Part shown: positions 19,001-27,350 of the stretch, in pieces
Layout of the letters: the number at the start of each line of letters is the position of its first letter
Numbering within the stretch: position 1 is the first letter of the stretch
NCBI GenBank assembly: GCA_965208675.1
Contig: OZ242351.1
Span: 1,376,001 to 1,440,000 of the forward strand
DNA length: 64,000 nt
Reading direction: 5' to 3'
DNA from: Candidatus Poribacteria bacterium
GTDB lineage: Bacteria; Poribacteria; WGA-4E; PCPOR2b
Made by a program: the position numbers and the translations under genes
Notes under the pieces: model-generated
Told to the model about the DNA's origin: nothing
What the model saw: the letters and a program-made list of their open reading frames with translations, nothing else
Database searches by the model: none

Positions 19001-22000
19001 TGCCATAGAGGTGCGCGCCCAGATTGTCGCACAACTTGAGCAACAACGTCTGCTTCGGCTAGTTAAACAGCGTGCGAAGAATGATGTCGTTGAACTTCAG
19101 AATATGTTAAACCGCTTAGACGAACTCGACCAAGATCTTCCAGAAGAGATGAAGACGCTGCTTCGAGATAACATGCTAACGCTGCGAAACGCGAGATTCC
19201 GTAACATCCAAAAACGGGTGCAGGTGATTGCACGTATTAGCAAGTCTGAATACGACCGGAAAGTTGCCAACATTGAGCAAGCAATTGCCCTCCAAGACCT
19301 TTTCAACCGCTACTATACCTCTTTGTTTGTTTCTATCGACTTATCTACCCAAAACGACAAATTTGGCGTGTTCAACAAAGGTTGGTTCTATGACCAGCAG
19401 CCTGAATTTGTGCTGAGGCGCGAGTTTGCTTTCATCGGCAACAAACTCGCCGAGTATGCCGAGGATGTAGATTTTGGCGTCCGCATTAACAACCTTTGGA
19501 CGTTTACGGACGATCAGATTCGGCAGGCTGTGATGAACAGTCAATGGGAAATCGCATCCGGCATTGAGTCCAAACAGGCAATAGAGGGCAAGTCGTTGGA
19601 GACGCTGATTGACGAACACTACACGACGTTAGTCAAGCTTTCCGGCGTTTCGCGTTTAATGAAGATGCAGTTTGAACAGATGAGAGACCGAGGCGAGCCG
19701 TCCGAGGATATGCTCAAGGACATGGACTATATCCGCAAGGAGGTCGAGCGATTCATCCGAAACGATCAGCGCGAAGCCCGAAAAGAACGCAAAAACAGTA
19801 TTCGCCTCTTCAACCGGCTGCCTGCAATGCTTGCCCTACGGAAAGTGAAGCCGTCCGATTTGACCGAGGAGGAGATTGATGACATCAAGACCCTTATAGA
19901 CATTGTCGGCTTAGGGGGAGCTACCAACTTCGTTAACGCGATTTCAGCTTCAGGCGGCAAAACGTGGACAACTTATATTCCCGGCAAAATTGCATTTGAC
20001 AGCGAAGTTGCGACGCTCGTCGGAAAAACGGGGATTGCATTTGCCACCATTGATGATGCGCGGGTGCTTACGGACACGCCGTTGGATACGATTGATAAAA
20101 TGGATTTGAGGGAAGACGGCAATCTGCACAAACAGGCGAAAACGCTTGCGGCAATTCTTATACAGGCGATGCGCGACCCGAAGATGCCTACAGCGGCGCG
20201 CGTAGGCAACTTCTATTGCAATCTGTTTGGCGACGTTGTAGAGTATGACGCGCGCGAGAGCGCCTTGCCGAACAAACCCGTACCGCACCCAATCCTTACG
20301 CTGCGGCGCAAAAATAAAACAATGATGGGCGTTCGCGGCGATCTCTTTACTATGGGAGATAACAAAGGCGTTTTTGAAGTCGTCGGATTGGCGATGGAAG
20401 GGCGCGCCATTCAGCGGCGCGGCGGCACGCAAGAGGTAGAGGCGTATATCCTTGATTCCGATTCGGGAGATATTGTCTACGCACCAGATTTGGGCAACTT
20501 TGGTGCCGAACTACTGCCGAATAAGGTGCCTATTACCACACGCCGGCGCGGTTGCCGCATCGTGGTTTTTCCGTGCGTGTCCACCACGATTTACGACTTG
20601 GTCGACCAGCGGTATTTGCGGACACTTCGCGAATTGAACGTCTACGATGCGCTAAGCGACAGTCCTCCGGAAAAATACGGCGTGTCCAAGCCGTGGCAAC
20701 AGCCGATGGTTTCGGCGACTGAACCGATTGCATTGGTCTATTCTGAACCAAACTCCCGCATCAAAATCGGCATGGCATACGGGCAAATTGGAAAGCGGCT
20801 GCTGCTGATTAAAGCTGGCAAGAGCGGCGCCAAAAACCCGACCCTTTACACTGGGGAAGGGTTCGTCGTACAGGAAAACGGCTCTGTTCGCCTCACCCCG
20901 TACGTCGTTGTACGCGACATGTGGTGGCTTGATGAAAACCGCACCAGCCTTTACAAACGGTTCGGTATTAGCAGCGATCGCTTAGACAAACTCCACCTAT
21001 TTTCGAACGAACATCTGGAACAGGCGGAAGTTGCTTTGGATAAAAAGGACTATTCCATGGCGATGAAGCTCGCGCGCGGGGCATGGGGTTACGAATCGCG
21101 TGCGTATCCAGATGTTAAAAAGACCGGCAATGATGTGGTTAACGGTGTTATGTTCTATCTCGCACTGCTAATTCCCTTTGCCTACTTTATGGAACGCCTA
21201 ATTTTCGCATTTCCGGATGTTCACAAACAGATTCTTGGTGTATTCGCCATCTTTCTCGTAGTGTTCTTTTTCCTTTCACAAGCACATCCAGCCTTCCAGA
21301 TTACCACGACGCCGGTTATTATCCTAATTGCCTTCGTTGTGTTAGCATTAACTGTGATCGTGATTAGCATCATCGTCCGGAAGTTTGAGGAGCAGTTAGA
21401 ACAGATTAAGCAGGAACGCTCAAAGGTTTATAAAGCGGATGTTGGCCGCCTTGCCGCTTCCGCTGCTGCATTTAGCCTTGGCATCTCCAATATGCGCAAG
21501 CGGAAAGGCCGCACTCTCCTTACATGCGCCACGCTGGTAATTTTAACATTCACGGTAATCTCCTTCACATCGGTTCGAACCTTTATGCAACCCAACAGCA
21601 CCTCTTTGCCTTCTGTAACGCCCCAATACACGGGCATGTTGATTCGTGACCAATACTGGATTCCATTGGAGGAACCGGTGATTACGTCGGTAACGAACGA
21701 TATGCGAAAAACACGGATTGGCGAAAATGAACTCCGGGTGCTGTTGAAAAAGAAAGGAAAATCGCCCGATGAAATTGACTCGCTGCTTGCCTCGGCTAAA
21801 ATTGACATGGATCATGGTACTCGGGTAGAGGACATGTCCTCGACTCCTACCAGCGGGTTGAAGGATCAAGCGTATATCACGGTGCACAATGTTGTCGCGC
21901 CGCGGGCGTGGTATCAGTCTTCGGGTACCGGCGATCAGTCGTTCGTACAGTTGACGCGTATTGAAAATCCCAAGGATCCTGTGCCGCCGAAAGATCCATT

Positions 22001-23525
22001 GACCGATGAACCGCTAAGTTTTGCGGCAAACATGCTGGTGGGAATGAGCCCTCAGGAACCGGGTGTCACTGGTATTGACCGTTACCTGCAGTACGGCAAA
22101 TGGTTTACCCCTGCAGACGAAGCGGAATGGCCGACCCAATGGCCGTATGCATGCGTATTGCCAAAAGGTATGGCAGACCTCTTGGAAATCAGCGAATCTG
22201 ATATGGGGAATGCCACCATCTCAGTTTATGGCGCAAAATTCACTGTCACCGGTGTTCTGGGCATTGGGTTTAAGGATTTAACAGACAATGACGGCGAAGA
22301 ACTCACCCCTGTCGATTATCAATTGATGCATCAGCAACAATCGCGCGGGGGCGAGGGGGAAGAAACGCTTGAGGGCGAGTTGCAGAAGTATCTCCACCTT
22401 ACGCCGGATAGCATCGCTATTTTGCCATACGAGGTGATAATCAATCAAGGCGGAACACTGCGATCAGTCGCGGTCAATATGAACCCTCAAGAAGGCGATC
22501 CGCCGTTCCTAACCGGCGTTGATAAGCTAGATTTAATCATGGCGCCCCTAATGAGCCGCATTGCACTCGACTTTTTCGTCGGTCGGAACAAAGATACTTA
22601 CCTCTACAGCTCAATTGGGATGACTTCCTTCTCCGGAATGGGCAACTTATTTGTGCCAATACTTATCGCATCACTAATCGTACTGAACACAATGCTCGGC
22701 GCCGTGTATGAAAGAGTTCGGGAAATTGGTATTTACAGTTCCGTCGGGCTAGCGCCGGTGCATATAGCTTTTCTGTTTCTCGCAGAGGCGTGCGTGTACG
22801 CGATTGTGGGGGCAGTGTTGGGTTACCTACTCGGTCAAGTCGTGGCTACTCTCCTAGTGAATTTCGGCTGGCTTGCCGGATTGACCCTTAATTACTCATC
22901 AATGTCCACAGTGGTGGCAACCATTATCGTTATGCTAGTGGTCATCAGCAGCACACTCTACCCCGCTGTTAAAGCCGGACGGATGGCTGTTCCCGACATT
23001 GAACGGAAGTGGAAATTACCTGAACCGGAAGGCGACGAGTGGCACTTTGACCTTCCCTTCACAGTTCTATCCGAGGAATCACTTGGCTTGAACGTCTTTA
23101 TGCGGGACTATTTTGAAGCCCACTCCGACGAATCTGCGAGCGATTTCTATACTGACCAAATCTCTTTTAACCGGTCAACCGAGGAGATTGAAGGCAGGGA
23201 AAAAGAAACGTACGCGATTAGCATGATGGCTTGGGTAGCGCCTTACGATTTAGGGGTCGGTCAATCCATTCGATTTGTGACTTCCCCGGTTGGCGGAGAA
23301 GAGGAAGATCTCTACAACATCACCCTTGATGTGCACCGTGAAAGCGGCGAAATTGCCTCTTGGAAACGCGTCAACCGGCGTTTCTTAAACCTAATTCGTA
23401 AGCAACTGTTGGTCTGGCGAACGTTCAGCGCCGAGGTTCGCGGCGAGTTTCACGAACGCGGCCGTCACGACCGCCAATTCACTGATGCTCCTAACCTTGA
23501 ACTAGCACCACAGCCGGCTGACTGA
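16098..23525 (+). CDS. Giant fusion: signal peptide, degenerate M28 peptidase fold with PA domain, two LysM domains, Asp-rich repeats, long helical inserts, beta-sandwich, MacB/FtsX-like ABC permease
   Basis: SRVTGYPEAASASKYI (M28 N-terminus); HVVEGGESLEAIA and YEVQPGDTLRDIA (LysM); VVITGYYDS...APGAD (M28); NMRKRKGRTLLT and IVLNTMLGAVYERVREIGIYSSVG (MacB/FtsX). Confidence 0.85.
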   Translation: MTARNSFVCVIAFFLLTLISTQMLLASEGDQSIGLSEIAVEIRDRVDIGSMRKDIARLSSLSSRVTGYPEAASASKYIFDRFVEIGLQNVESREFPITVPIDQGDGTLAVLDADGKAVVTIEMRSVWPNLVRTSLLPIGIKHVVEGGESLEAIAQSYRVDVQSILDDPHNKFLQDQATDGRDNNGDGAVDEPGEFALIDGNTVFIPTGGLTAPLFYGGGGELVDFNGKDIGGFWYEVQPGDTLRDIAHRFRIGVGSITDDVLNGHLQKTEDGIDNNEDGRIDEYGEIPLLADILHWDTDGIDNDADGFIDEHPGGETDGIDNNNDGRVDEEGEFIAAYESSIFIPRGSVVLIDFNSSTKWINAAMLGAKAVVFIEPETTIRGEAENKFLTVPANIPRFWISRADADTLLAMLGESSDLTSSTDEQQREVTVRLSATMTWERRIGQNIRGFLDGGDPALKDELVVITGYYDSMSVVPAIAPGADPTGGIAALFELARIFSKAEFRPGRSILFVATDAHFQGLAGMRAFMEGIGQDVVGREADSPGTPTMRGLRRGLAADLFEFKELGRKLLLSIDRNVLVDLPPNFFYEVHQLDDALDSLQITLGDLEGTRGRVEWLRNAQRDYKEKQKKKLETTKKREKQGFTQEEHSRLEINLAKYKKDALQTTQFLRSVVRRVDNLRSQALEESRKAQRDLIENIALPMARLDEWAITKLAADLAAKNIGGNYDRTADSSYLKPNADQDGNYYLPVPSDLIDTPLAKAVNRLSDHLEDWELKDRRKFALQYAQEQLLDRHLDFHGLEQIKESREIVHRATRALGEYIAEEEQVLNRTLQKIPTDTDSESRIKTAINGLRRDAAYAPEDIDTIVGPFLGESSLNRYKVIQKQLRQKLAEIESTDAGAVDRESHAIFIEELTKDKQAIFETAMRNARLERQRIESLLELQRHASLNRPYLEEELLVLSHYLPADEVDTAIEVRAQIVAQLEQQRLLRLVKQRAKNDVVELQNMLNRLDELDQDLPEEMKTLLRDNMLTLRNARFRNIQKRVQVIARISKSEYDRKVANIEQAIALQDLFNRYYTSLFVSIDLSTQNDKFGVFNKGWFYDQQPEFVLRREFAFIGNKLAEYAEDVDFGVRINNLWTFTDDQIRQAVMNSQWEIASGIESKQAIEGKSLETLIDEHYTTLVKLSGVSRLMKMQFEQMRDRGEPSEDMLKDMDYIRKEVERFIRNDQREARKERKNSIRLFNRLPAMLALRKVKPSDLTEEEIDDIKTLIDIVGLGGATNFVNAISASGGKTWTTYIPGKIAFDSEVATLVGKTGIAFATIDDARVLTDTPLDTIDKMDLREDGNLHKQAKTLAAILIQAMRDPKMPTAARVGNFYCNLFGDVVEYDARESALPNKPVPHPILTLRRKNKTMMGVRGDLFTMGDNKGVFEVVGLAMEGRAIQRRGGTQEVEAYILDSDSGDIVYAPDLGNFGAELLPNKVPITTRRRGCRIVVFPCVSTTIYDLVDQRYLRTLRELNVYDALSDSPPEKYGVSKPWQQPMVSATEPIALVYSEPNSRIKIGMAYGQIGKRLLLIKAGKSGAKNPTLYTGEGFVVQENGSVRLTPYVVVRDMWWLDENRTSLYKRFGISSDRLDKLHLFSNEHLEQAEVALDKKDYSMAMKLARGAWGYESRAYPDVKKTGNDVVNGVMFYLALLIPFAYFMERLIFAFPDVHKQILGVFAIFLVVFFFLSQAHPAFQITTTPVIILIAFVVLALTVIVISIIVRKFEEQLEQIKQERSKVYKADVGRLAASAAAFSLGISNMRKRKGRTLLTCATLVILTFTVISFTSVRTFMQPNSTSLPSVTPQYTGMLIRDQYWIPLEEPVITSVTNDMRKTRIGENELRVLLKKKGKSPDEIDSLLASAKIDMDHGTRVEDMSSTPTSGLKDQAYITVHNVVAPRAWYQSSGTGDQSFVQLTRIENPKDPVPPKDPLTDEPLSFAANMLVGMSPQEPGVTGIDRYLQYGKWFTPADEAEWPTQWPYACVLPKGMADLLEISESDMGNATISVYGAKFTVTGVLGIGFKDLTDNDGEELTPVDYQLMHQQQSRGGEGEETLEGELQKYLHLTPDSIAILPYEVIINQGGTLRSVAVNMNPQEGDPPFLTGVDKLDLIMAPLMSRIALDFFVGRNKDTYLYSSIGMTSFSGMGNLFVPILIASLIVLNTMLGAVYERVREIGIYSSVGLAPVHIAFLFLAEACVYAIVGAVLGYLLGQVVATLLVNFGWLAGLTLNYSSMSTVVATIIVMLVVISSTLYPAVKAGRMAVPDIERKWKLPEPEGDEWHFDLPFTVLSEESLGLNVFMRDYFEAHSDESASDFYTDQISFNRSTEEIEGREKETYAISMMAWVAPYDLGVGQSIRFVTSPVGGEEEDLYNITLDVHRESGEIASWKRVNRRFLNLIRKQLLVWRTFSAEVRGEFHERGRHDRQFTDAPNLELAPQPAD
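16632..17087 (+). repeat. Four in-frame DGxDN(N/D)xDGxxDE putative metal/Ca-binding repeats
   Basis: DGRDNNGDGAVDE (16632-16670), DGIDNNEDGRIDE (16908-16946), DGIDNDADGFIDE (16992-17030) and DGIDNNNDGRVDE (17049-17087). Confidence 0.9.
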
Positions 23526-23622
23526 TGAATTGGTGAATCGGAAAAGCCCTAGTAAAATTTCGCTAATGTCTAAGCAAGAATATTAAGGCATTTTGCACAT
23601 TACGGGAAGGGAATCAATACGC

Positions 23623-23802
23623 ATGGTAAACTTTGGAGAAAAGTTAGCAAGCTTTTTTATCATCATCGGCGTAATTCTTTGGGTCACATCTATCTTCTTT
23701 TTGGGAGGGCGGTGGCAGCCCCTTGTGCTTTCGGCCGCAATTTTGGTTGTCGCCATCTTTATCGCCCACATTTGGGAAGAACTCTTTCAGCAAAAAAAAT
23801 GA
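23623..23802 (+). CDS. Small two-TM membrane protein (59 aa)
   Basis: MVNFGEKLASFFIIIGVILWVTSIFFLGG...VLSAAILVVAIFIAHIWEELFQQKK; purine-rich SD upstream; co-oriented within the operon. Confidence 0.6.
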   Translation: MVNFGEKLASFFIIIGVILWVTSIFFLGGRWQPLVLSAAILVVAIFIAHIWEELFQQKK

Positions 23803-23876
23803 CCGTGCGTTATACGAACGCGTAGCACCATAGGCTTTCACGCATTCCGTCACGTGCTACGAAAGGAGAATTTAAT

Positions 23877-25865
23877 TTGGCGAGAGAGAGAATATCGCAA
23901 GCCGAGGAGTGGCAGGCTTGGGCGCAGCGTTACGATATGGAGGGCGGGATTCGGACATTTGAATCCGGTTTAACCCTCAAAGTCGTTCTAGGGGCCCTTT
24001 TTGTGGGGCTGTTGATGATGCCGGGCTCAATCTACTTGCAGTTAGTGTCAGGCCAAACGGGTGCAGGCGCCGCACCGTGGGTAGCGGTCATTCTATTTAC
24101 GGAATTGGCGCGCCGCTCATTTACGACAGCCAGACGACAGGAGCTATTCTTACTGCTTGGACTTACTGGTGCAGCGGTCGGATCTGGACTTCAGTACCGC
24201 GGCTTCATCTGGTACGCCTATTTTGTGCAAACGCCTCAAGCGGAGTCCTATGAAATCGCCGACAAGATTCCTTTTTGGGTTGCGCCATCACCGGATTCGA
24301 TTGCAATCGCAGAAAGATCGCTCTTGCACATGGATTGGTGGACGCCTATTTGGATCTTTTTGGTCATGCGGCTGCTTGGTACAATTCGACATATCAGCGC
24401 AGGTTATTTTTTGTTCCGGCTCACTGCTGACCTAGAACGACTTCCGTATCCACTGGCGCCTATTGAAGCACAAGGCGCGACCGCTCTAGCAGAGACCACA
24501 GGCAGGGCGGAAACGTGGCGTTGGCGTGTGTTTTCTATCGGTTCCATGGCGGGGTTACTGTGGGGTTTTCTATATATCGGTATTCCTTCACTTACTGGCG
24601 TGATGATGTCAGAGCCGATTGAGATTCTAAAAATCCCATTTATTGATTTTACCCCTAGTATTGAAGGATTTGCTCCGACAGGAGTGTTTGCGCTCTCCAC
24701 CGATTTTGGACAAATTCTCTTTGGGTTTGTGCTGCCATTTCCAATCGTGATGACTGAATTCATCGCGGCAATGTTTACCCAGTTTTTCCTGAATCCGCAA
24801 CTTTACCAACATGAAATATTGTATCAATGGCGTGCAGGTTTGGATGTCCGCGGCGTAGGATTGTTCAATGGCTTGGATTTCTGGATTAGCGCCAATATGG
24901 GTAAAGCTTTCAGCTTCGCAGTCGTCGGCCTTGCTGCATCTGTTCCCATGCTTATGAAATTTCGATCTGCGAGACAGGAAACTACCGGTACGCGCGGGTC
25001 GCTCCAAACGCCGCCGGGGCGCGGAGATTTTCCGCTCTGGCTAATGGCGGGGTTGTGGCTTATCGGCATGATTGGTTTTGTGTGGATGGTGCATTGGATG
25101 GTACCGAATTTTCCGATGAAATTTTTGCTGGGCTTTGCTTTTATATACACTCCGCTAAATTCCTACGTCACTGCGCGGACATTTGGGGTATTGGGGCGCG
25201 ATCTCTTTGAAATCCCCTATATCCACGAGACAACCTTTATCTTGAGCCGTTACGAGGAAATCGACATTTGGTTCGTTGAATTACCAAATGAGGACTACGG
25301 CCGCGGCACACAAGGTTGGCGCGTGTGCGAACTGACGGGAACTACGTTTACAAGTAACATTGCAGCCCATCTATTGATTATGCCGATTCTACTAATTTCC
25401 GGAATTCTCGTATGGCATTTCATTTGGAAAATCGCGCCAATTCCTTCAGCGCAATATCCTTTCGCTCAAACTTGGTGGCCAATCTACGCAACCAACGAAT
25501 GTCTGTGGAAGACCTCGCTTCGCGATGGAAGCAGTCAGATGTTGCAGGCCATCCGAGGCGACTACGTTGCGACCGGATTTACCGGTTCGCTTGCTATCTA
25601 CGGCATCCTCTGGTTAGCGAAGATGCCTAGCATGTGGTTTTACGGCATCGTGGGTGGTATCGGCGCCGACCCAGGTATGATGATACCAAGACTAATCGGT
25701 GCAATAATAGGCCGATTTTATATGATTAAACGATTCGGCTTGAAACGGTGGTTTATGTTCAATCCAGTTTTGGCAGCCGGCTTTACATGCGGTGTTGGCC
25801 TCATCGGAATGGGAACTGTGGCTATTGCACTGGTATCCAAAGCAGTCATTGTTAAACCGTTCTGA
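23877..25865 (+). CDS. OPT-superfamily-like peptide transporter
   Basis: 662 aa with many TMs; GLTLKVVLGALF, RQEL, DLERLPYPLAP and PIPSAQYP; TTG start with SD AAGGAG. Confidence 0.75.
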   Translation: MARERISQAEEWQAWAQRYDMEGGIRTFESGLTLKVVLGALFVGLLMMPGSIYLQLVSGQTGAGAAPWVAVILFTELARRSFTTARRQELFLLLGLTGAAVGSGLQYRGFIWYAYFVQTPQAESYEIADKIPFWVAPSPDSIAIAERSLLHMDWWTPIWIFLVMRLLGTIRHISAGYFLFRLTADLERLPYPLAPIEAQGATALAETTGRAETWRWRVFSIGSMAGLLWGFLYIGIPSLTGVMMSEPIEILKIPFIDFTPSIEGFAPTGVFALSTDFGQILFGFVLPFPIVMTEFIAAMFTQFFLNPQLYQHEILYQWRAGLDVRGVGLFNGLDFWISANMGKAFSFAVVGLAASVPMLMKFRSARQETTGTRGSLQTPPGRGDFPLWLMAGLWLIGMIGFVWMVHWMVPNFPMKFLLGFAFIYTPLNSYVTARTFGVLGRDLFEIPYIHETTFILSRYEEIDIWFVELPNEDYGRGTQGWRVCELTGTTFTSNIAAHLLIMPILLISGILVWHFIWKIAPIPSAQYPFAQTWWPIYATNECLWKTSLRDGSSQMLQAIRGDYVATGFTGSLAIYGILWLAKMPSMWFYGIVGGIGADPGMMIPRLIGAIIGRFYMIKRFGLKRWFMFNPVLAAGFTCGVGLIGMGTVAIALVSKAVIVKPF

Positions 25866-25978
25866 TGGGCAACGACTGCGTGAGTCGACAGGATAGGTGT
25901 GCGGATTAACATTTCCTAACAAGTCCACGGGCAACATAGGTATGTCCGTCAGGAATTTCACGCCACGCGAATGACGGT

Positions 25979-26911
25979 ATGGAATGGACAAATTTTGGTT
26001 GGGCGGGTATCACTTTAGAAATTCCAGCGAACTGGGAGTTGAGTGGATTATCTGGTGACGAGAAAAAGGGGTATTTGCGGTTAGACGATGAGACGACACC
26101 GCGTCTAGAGTTAAAATGGTCTGAATCGAAGCAGAAAAAACCAGACCTGCATCGCGTCCTTGACGAATATTTTAAACTTATCCGTAAGAATTTTAAGCGT
26201 ACAGAGGCTAAACTTCATATTCAGCGGAATGTCAATCTCATCAAAGATGAATCCTTCCTTGACGGCAGAGACGCGGTATTCTTTAGTTGGAAGGGAAGTT
26301 ACCGAGCAAATGGTGTAATCTGCCACTGTCACACGTGCAAACGAATAACAATTGTCCAGGTGATGGGACATCTCAAGGAAAACCTCCGTACGACATCCGT
26401 GCGAATCTTGAGTTCGCTTCACGATCATCCGGCTGGGCCGACGCCCCTGTGGACCGCATACCAACTCAACGTTGAAGTGCCGCGCCGATACCGCCTTGAA
26501 AAACATCAATTCCTGTCCGGATATCTGTTAATGTCTTTCGTTGATGGCAGCCGCAAGCTTTCAATTGAACGATATGGACTAGCGGATATTACTCTCAAAG
26601 AGAGTGATTTGGAATCTTGGTTTCGAGCCAAGTATACCAAGGCTATTCGAGGATATGGCTTCAAAATGGAGTCTATCCAATCTGACGATGGAGATGAGCG
26701 GTTTACGTGTATTGGCGAACGCACACGTCTGACCGATCACGTACCGTTTGCACCTGTATTATTTATTGACAAAATTTTGCGGCGGCAGACCTTTGCCGCT
26801 CACATTCGGCATTGTTACGAGTCCAATCGCATCTATGTTTTACAAGCAGTCGCCAAGCGCGACGCAGTTAAGACTGTGGATGGGGTTGCGGCAAGCATTC
26901 GATGTCACTAG
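25979..26911 (+). CDS. Uncharacterized cytoplasmic protein with an internal duplication
   Basis: Halves begin FGWAGITLEIPANWEL and LWTAYQLNVEVPRRYRL, and end CHCHTCKRITIVQ and RHCYESNRIYVLQ. Confidence 0.75.
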   Translation: MEWTNFGWAGITLEIPANWELSGLSGDEKKGYLRLDDETTPRLELKWSESKQKKPDLHRVLDEYFKLIRKNFKRTEAKLHIQRNVNLIKDESFLDGRDAVFFSWKGSYRANGVICHCHTCKRITIVQVMGHLKENLRTTSVRILSSLHDHPAGPTPLWTAYQLNVEVPRRYRLEKHQFLSGYLLMSFVDGSRKLSIERYGLADITLKESDLESWFRAKYTKAIRGYGFKMESIQSDDGDERFTCIGERTRLTDHVPFAPVLFIDKILRRQTFAAHIRHCYESNRIYVLQAVAKRDAVKTVDGVAASIRCH

Positions 26912-26930
26912 AGAATAGTATTGAACGCAA

Positions 26931-27350
26931 ATGATTAATACCATTCTTTACAAACTCCGACTAAAAAAACGACCAGATTCGGAATTTGACCGGGAGCGTA
27001 TCTTAAACGCATTACCGCTTCGAAACCAATTAATCAAATGGGAAGTTGATGACAAAGAGGAGGTTTCACTTGTCATTCCCCAGCAGCAGAAACTATGGAT
27101 TCGGATAGCTTCCAGGATTTTTTCCTTGCCTGACAAACGCGTGATTGTTTTGGATGATGTCGGGTCTTATGTGTGGCGTCTATGCGACGGAAATAACTCG
27201 ATTAGCCAAATTGTAAAACACCTTAGTAAACAATACCGTATGACACGAAAAGAAGCTGAAACGTCGCTTTTCACCTTTATGCGGCAGTTGGGCAAACGAA
27301 ACATAATTGGATTTGCTGTTTCCAAAAAACCAAAAGGAGGGGAGAAGTAG
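26931..27350 (+). CDS. PqqD family / RiPP recognition element (RRE) protein
   Basis: VLDDVGSYVWRLCDGNNSISQIVKHL...LFTFMRQLGKRNII winged-helix pattern. Confidence 0.85.
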   Translation: MINTILYKLRLKKRPDSEFDRERILNALPLRNQLIKWEVDDKEEVSLVIPQQQKLWIRIASRIFSLPDKRVIVLDDVGSYVWRLCDGNNSISQIVKHLSKQYRMTRKEAETSLFTFMRQLGKRNIIGFAVSKKPKGGEK

